In this document: in pieces, positions 57,401-64,000 of the stretch | Position numbering within the stretch: position 1 is the first letter of the stretch | Layout: each line of letters begins with the position of its first letter | Source: the human T2T-CHM13v2.0 reference genome, Homo sapiens | Assembly: GCF_009914755.1 (NCBI RefSeq) | Contig: NC_060933.1 | Length of the DNA stretch: 64,000 nucleotides | Reading direction: 5' to 3' (one strand) | Translations under genes and position numbers: made by a program | Notes under the pieces: generated by a model | What the model was told of the DNA's origin: nothing | What the model saw: the letters and a program-made list of their open reading frames with translations, nothing else | Databases searched by the model: none

Positions 57401-59769
57401 CCAGGCACAGAGTTGGCAAATGGGCAGAACTGTGAAAAGTATGAGACTATTACACCCTCTTCCCATGAGAAGACAAAGGGGTGCAATGGCAGCCAATGAA
57501 AAGTTTTAAAATCAGAACGCTTTTTGAGAAACAAGGCCCCACTTCTCAGCAGGGAGTCCCACAGAAGACAGCCATTTTGGTTTTTATCTGATAAGAGGAA
57601 AGCTGGAGAAAGAAGAAAAATATCAAAATCACCTAATCACTAATCACCCCCAACAATTAAGCAAGGGTTGAGTAAAAAGTAAAGCAAAAGTGAAAATAAA
57701 TGAAACAAGATCAGTGGGACCAAGATGACTGAGTAGGAAGTGCCTGAGTGAGAAGTCTATGAAGCATCAATGACTGGAGCTGACATCTGCTGATAGAAGC
57801 AAACGGGTGCCAAGTGACTTATGGGCATTATCTCATTCAATCCTTCCACCTACCCCAGGATGTAGGGACTATCATCTTCCTCCACACAGATGAGAAAACG
57901 GAGGCCTAAGGTAGGGCCTGGAGCCAGGATGCAAGCCTGGGGAGCCTGCTCTGGCCCTCTCCTCCCCTGTGTTCTAGAGGGAGTGCACCTTTGACCCCTG
58001 CGCTGTCCCTAAAAACACTCATGGACTGTGCCCATCCTTCTTGTCTAAAGCTGGCAAGATGTGACGGGGATGGGGACAGGAGCAGGGCCCATAAACACCA
58101 GAGACCTACTGTCCTAAAATGCCAGACCCCTGTCCTGAGCTGGGAAACCATATTAAGCAAAGGGTGTGTCTCACAGGAAACAGATATGAGCAGATTCGGT
58201 GGAGGCAGCCTGGGAAAAGATATTTACAAAGCTGAATCATGGCCTCCCGCCCTGCTGGGTGATTCCTGCCTCCTCTCCTCCCATTCTCTCAGACAAAGAG
58301 GAAAAGCAAAAGAAACACCACAACAATTCTGAGCCCTCAACCAGAATCAACCCAAAGCTCACTCGCTGTGTAAAAGAAGAAGAATACTGACAGAGGTTCA
58401 TGCTAAAAAAACAAACAAACAAAAAACCACGTGGAAGATTAACAAAAGACATGGCATAGTTACTGGACAAGACAGGCCAGCCTCCCCACTCCTCAAAGCA
58501 AACCAAACCAAACAAGCCCCCTACTGAGGACAGCAAAGGCACACACATGGCATCCTAAAGACACCGTCTTTTATTTAAGAAAGCCTAACTAATAACTGAA
58601 GAAAAGTTCCCAGAAGTGCTTACTATGAAATAATTTAGAGATGACATAAAATCAATATATGAGACTCAAAGAGGCGATGGCAAATGAACACGCTGAAATG
58701 AAAAACAAGATTGCAGAGCAACTGAAACACTGAGGACCAAAATAACATAAATACAGAACTAATAAATGAATTAGAAATAGCATGCTAGAAGGAATAAGGC
58801 TAAAGTCAGAAATCACGCCAAAGGCAAAACACTTGTTTAAAGGTGGTATATGCACACAATGAAGTTAGAAGCTAAGCAAATAAACGTTAAGAGAATAGGC
58901 ATAAAGGATAAATGACTATTTAACAAGGAAAACTGCTGTTTCTAAAGCACAAAATCCAAGAGTTAGGAATAGAAGACAAGTCTATGGCTGAAAAGCCACA
59001 TGATGAGGATGGCAAAACAGCAGGCTGGAAAGTCTGGTAGTCCCCATCATGCCTAAGCAGCGGAGCCATGCCAGCAGCGGAGCCATGCCAGCAATGCCTT
59101 CCCAGACTTCTTATAAAAAGATACCCAAGGCCTTGTTAAGCCACAGTCAGCTGAGTCTTCTGTTACCTGCCTCCTTTCCCCGACAATCCTTCAGCCTACT
59201 CACACTCAATTCCCTTCCATACAGCCTCCTCCCACTGCTGCAACAGCTCAGCCACATTCTTTGCAGTGAAGCCTTCTTTCCTCTCTCACTGCACATGGCT
59301 GGCAAACTCTCCTCCGTACACTGCATCACCCTTTTAACCTTTTCTGAGTCTACATCCGGACAGAGAAACACTGCTGCAGAGACCCATCAACTTCAACCGA
59401 TAGTGCTACTCTGCAAGAGGGTAAGGGGGGCAGCTAACTCTCACTCCCCATAAAGGTGGTTGCCACAGCACCATTCCCCTTCCCTGCCTCGCCCCTCAGT
59501 CAGTCACACTCTTATGCAGATCATCTCTCCTGTCTCTCCCACTCCCACTGGTCCATTTTTCTCACTCTCACAGCTGCACGCCTACAGTACCTCAATTCCC
59601 AGCCTCTCCATCTCCTTGGATCACATCTTGTCCTGCCCCCTCCCTCCTCCCTGACACATGGGGCTCTGGCACAAGGAATCTATTCTCCAATTTAAAACAA
59701 ATCCCATTGTGTCCTCCAGGGCCAAAATCCTTCAGCCACCAAACTGTTAGTATTCTCTCTGAATTAGTG

Positions 59770-60430
59770 ACCAATAATGCTAGCATTGGTGAAAGTTCCC
59801 AGTGTTCTACATCCTTGCCAACATTTACTAGTCTTTAATTTTAGTCATTCTATAGGTGTTCAGTATTGTCTCATCGTGGTTTTAATTTGTATTTCCCTAA
59901 AGACTACTGATGTAGAGCATCTTTTTATGTGCATATTTGCCATACTTACATTTTCTTTAGTGAAGTGTCTGCTTAAATATCTTGACCATGTTTTAACTAA
60001 GTTGCTTTGTTTTCTTACTATTGAGTTTAGAGAATTCTCTACAAATTTTGGATACAAGTCCTTTATCAAAAATATGATTTACACATATCTTCTTCTATTC
60101 TGGAGCTCGTACTTCCATTCTCTTAACAGTGTCCTGACAAAAGACATTCTTAACTTCAGTAAGTCCAGTATTTCTATTTTTTTCTCATGTGGATCATGTT
60201 CTTGGTGTCTCATCTAAGAAACCTTAGATTTCTAACCCAAAATGAGAAAGATATTTTTCCCTGAACTTTGTTCTAAGCACTTCTGTTTTTAGGTTTTACA
60301 TTTTAAGTCTGTGATCCATTTTTATCAATTTTTACATATTGTGAGAACTATGGATTGAAGTTCATTCTTTTGCATACGGACAACCAATAGTTGAAAAGCC
60401 TGTTCTTTCCTTGATTAACTGCCTTTGCAT
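59770..60430 (-). mobile_element. Old L1M ORF2-end fragment
   Basis: Translates to RHFTKENVSMANMHIKRCSTSVVFREIQIKTTMR. Confidence 0.8.
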
Positions 60431-60812
60431 GAGGCTTTATTTTTCAATGTTCAACTCTGTATTATGTGTTATTTTTGTCTCTAAGGAGTCTACCAAAAAC
60501 ATCTCAAGATAAAGGACATAACTTTTTCCTAAAAATGCCTACAACTATTAGAAATATAAGGAAGAAAAATATGGGCATAAGTTCCTAACAATATTGGATT
60601 TTAGACAAAGAAAGCACAACCTAAAAGGAGTGATACAAAGGAAGCCTGTGGGAAGCGGGAGTGCCCCCAGGGGTAGTGGGAATATGGTCTAGATTACATA
60701 TATGAGCTCTGGGGTGGGACACGGAAATTTAAATAACTAGTACGTAAATCTTAAGCTTATAATACCAGTTTTTGTCCTCACTGTTTCATATCAAAATGCA
60801 CTTATATATGTA

Positions 60813-61017
60813 CAGTAAGTCCTCACATAACATTGTTGGTTCCTGGAAACTGGGACTTCAAGCGAAACAACATGTAACAAAACCATTTCCCCTCACAACA
60901 ACATTATAAAGGAACAAGGATGAACAAAAGGATGTGATTTCAGGAGCCGCTGTACATCATTTTGTTTAAAGTTGCAGTTTCCAAGAACCAATGATGATGT
61001 TAAGCGAGGACTTACTG
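60813..61017. mobile_element. MER6-like (TcMar-Tigger) MITE
   Basis: Terminal inverted repeats CAGTAAGTCCTC(A)C(A)TAAC / GTTAAGCGAGGACTTACTG, preceded by TA. Confidence 0.75.
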
Positions 61018-61157
61018 TTATTATTAGCAGGCTAGCACAATGGCATTTTTGGCTCACGGTCAACACTGTGATACTGTGACTAGGCTTCTATGTTTGCAGT
61101 GGATACCTCCATGTAAATTATGAAAAACAGAAATGAGTAAAGAATACAACATTTCTG

Positions 61158-61603
<446 letters not shown>

Positions 61604-61872
61604 TCACCCTTGTGGCTATTCTTTGAGCTAATTACACAAAAGTTGTTTGTTCGGTAGTTTTTTTTTGGTAACACCGACATAAGATCAGCAATATAAGAGA
61701 TACTTTCAAAGCATACTTAATACTCAAATATCTTCTGTACCTTTGCTCATGACTATGAATACAGCAGGTAAAAGTACACTTAAAGACCATGTTCAAAAAG
61801 GTATTCATCAACTACTGTTTGTGTTCATTTTAAACAAAAAGGCTTTGCAATTGTTTTTAAATCAGGGGTTCT

Positions 61873-62195
<323 letters not shown>

Positions 62196-64000
62196 CTAAA
62201 TTCTTCTTTTAGAAAGAAGGAAAAAAAATGAAAAACTTAAAAAATTGTCTCCAGGCAGAAGGACAGAGGAGCTGTCAAGAACCTGGCCTCCACCTGCCAG
62301 GGCGAGCCTGGAGTCCCGGAGGTCTGAGACCGCACCTGCTGCCCAGCACATGGCAGCCCTCCCAGTGCACACCCACCTCACCCACTCCTCACGACTCACC
62401 CATCCCAGCTTGCCATGGTGTGCAAGTTTTTCTCACTCCTCTGAAAAATTCTCTTGATACCACACTCATACCAAAGCATTCTGTAAAGGGCCCTAAAGGC
62501 CACTGTATCACTCAGCAAACACAGTGTCTATTTATTACATTTTCTTGTTCACTGCATGTCCTGACTGAGGATCAGTTACAGCAGGAGAACTTGCCCCTTG
62601 CCTTTTCCACACACGGAGACAGGTGAGTCTCTTATATTCCCAGGGAGCTGCCAGATGTGTGACCTATTAGCTTAAGCAGTATTTTTGCTAGTATGTGATT
62701 CTAAATCACTACAGAGTATTTTTTGCCACTGCTACATATTTGCAGCAACTATGTAATCTGCATACCCGTATTTTATTGCTCAGGCAACTAAAACCCTAAG
62801 AAAATGTTGAGGACATACTCATTATGTTTTCTTCTCTCTGGAGTACAGCACCCATCATTTAAAGCTCAGTAAACAGAAACTTCTAGTTTCCAATATTTAA
62901 TGAATCACTGATGTCCTCCGTCTTTTGACGGCAGAGAGTCGCCCTCAAGACAAGCCTCTGTCAGACTGCGGATGACCAAGTGTGAGCTCCCTGTTTCCTT
63001 CAACTTAGAGAGGGATACAGATTTCTGCTCTAGAGGACTTCTAATATTACACATCAGCACATCCCCTGGGTGTTGTAAAGGCAAGTAAGTATTTGATAAA
63101 GAGAAGAAACCACTCGTGGGTGGAGTGGCAGCTTCCTTCAGCACATGGGTGAGCTGTGAGCCCACCACACACGGCTGCAGCAGAAGAGATAGGGCACCAG
63201 CCTAGGGTCCAGACCAGGGGTTACCGACGTACCACAAAGATGCATTTTACCTTTGGGAATCTTATTTCTATCACCTCCTAGGTAAGGTAGACAGGATGGG
63301 CTTGCCATTATGAACATTCCGGGAGGTCGCCATGTCCTCTCCTTGCCAGTCCCCTCTAGGTGCAGCAGCAGTGCTCCAACATTTGGAGTGCAATGACATG
63401 GTTGAGGTGCTGAGCTCTTATCAAGACATGAAAATGAGCTCTTCTCTCCTAAGCTGAAACTAATCTTTCTCCAGTAAAGAAGTTTCACCTCCTCTCACAG
63501 GTCTTTCTATAATGCAGAGGCTGCCAAGGTGAAATTTATGCCTTTGCTGTGTGTTTTCAGAGTGTGAATACTCATAGGAGATTTACTCATGATGGGTCTT
63601 TACTATTTACAAAGTAGCTGGATTTCTGAGAGGAGTCACTGGAGAATGGTAAATACAAGTCAATCACTGGCTGATCATGTATTCATTATAAAAGCCAGAA
63701 GCTGTGGTTTCCATTGATATAAGCTCCCAAAGAGCCTGTAAAAGAAAAAGGGAAAGGGAGCCAAATGTCGAGTGAATGCCAGGATAGAGTAAACTTTCCA
63801 TTTACTCCTGCTGCTCCTGAGCATTCTCTTTCATTCCCTCATAACCCAACAGCCCTCATCTATTCTAGCAACTCTTCGGATAAATTCTTATACTGATCAA
63901 GCAAAGAATAATTCACGCTGCCCCTTTAAGTGCTGTGATTATGTAATTATAATGTGGTAAGGGGTTGATAAATATTTCCTGCATTCCAGTACCTTCAAAG

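Noticed and set aside
57200-58960. A-rich stretch resembling an old L1/HAL1 5' region, with several overlapping ORFs
   Set aside because: Too diverged to delimit or classify by eye, and the ORFs show no protein signature.

Overview
Primate (very probably human) genomic DNA. The minus strand carries the last four coding exons and the 3' UTR of AUH (3-methylglutaconyl-CoA hydratase / AU-rich-element RNA-binding protein, crotonase fold). The exons are 33135-32948, 29470-29420, 28249-28202 and 26568-26491. All have GT-AG boundaries and splice in frame to the AUH C-terminus (...[11 protein letters not shown]...KEKRPPRYKGE*). Everything above about 33.1 kb is one large AUH intron. It holds a near full-length, sense-oriented L1PA2/3 with target-site duplications (TSDs), a fossil hAT/Charlie transposase, solo LTRs, L2, MIR and Alu elements. 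Positions 1-26 kb lie downstream of AUH and contain nested MaLR LTRs, an old near full-length L1M with several younger insertions, and an orphan CpG island (about 5.1-6.5 kb). That island has three identical perfect MEF2 sites in or just upstream of it, plus AP-1/CRE-like sites, twin TATA-like motifs and a strong splice donor at its 3' edge. I see no evidence of a new protein-coding system. Nearly all short ORFs in the track are repeat-derived or chance. The best candidates for undescribed biology are regulatory: the CpG-island promoter/enhancer with a possible lncRNA, an IRF/PRDM1-AP-1 composite site, the YY1-site-less intronic L1, and AUH alternative polyadenylation with possible ARE autoregulation. 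Repeat subfamily names come from memory of consensus sequences and need RepeatMasker/Dfam confirmation.
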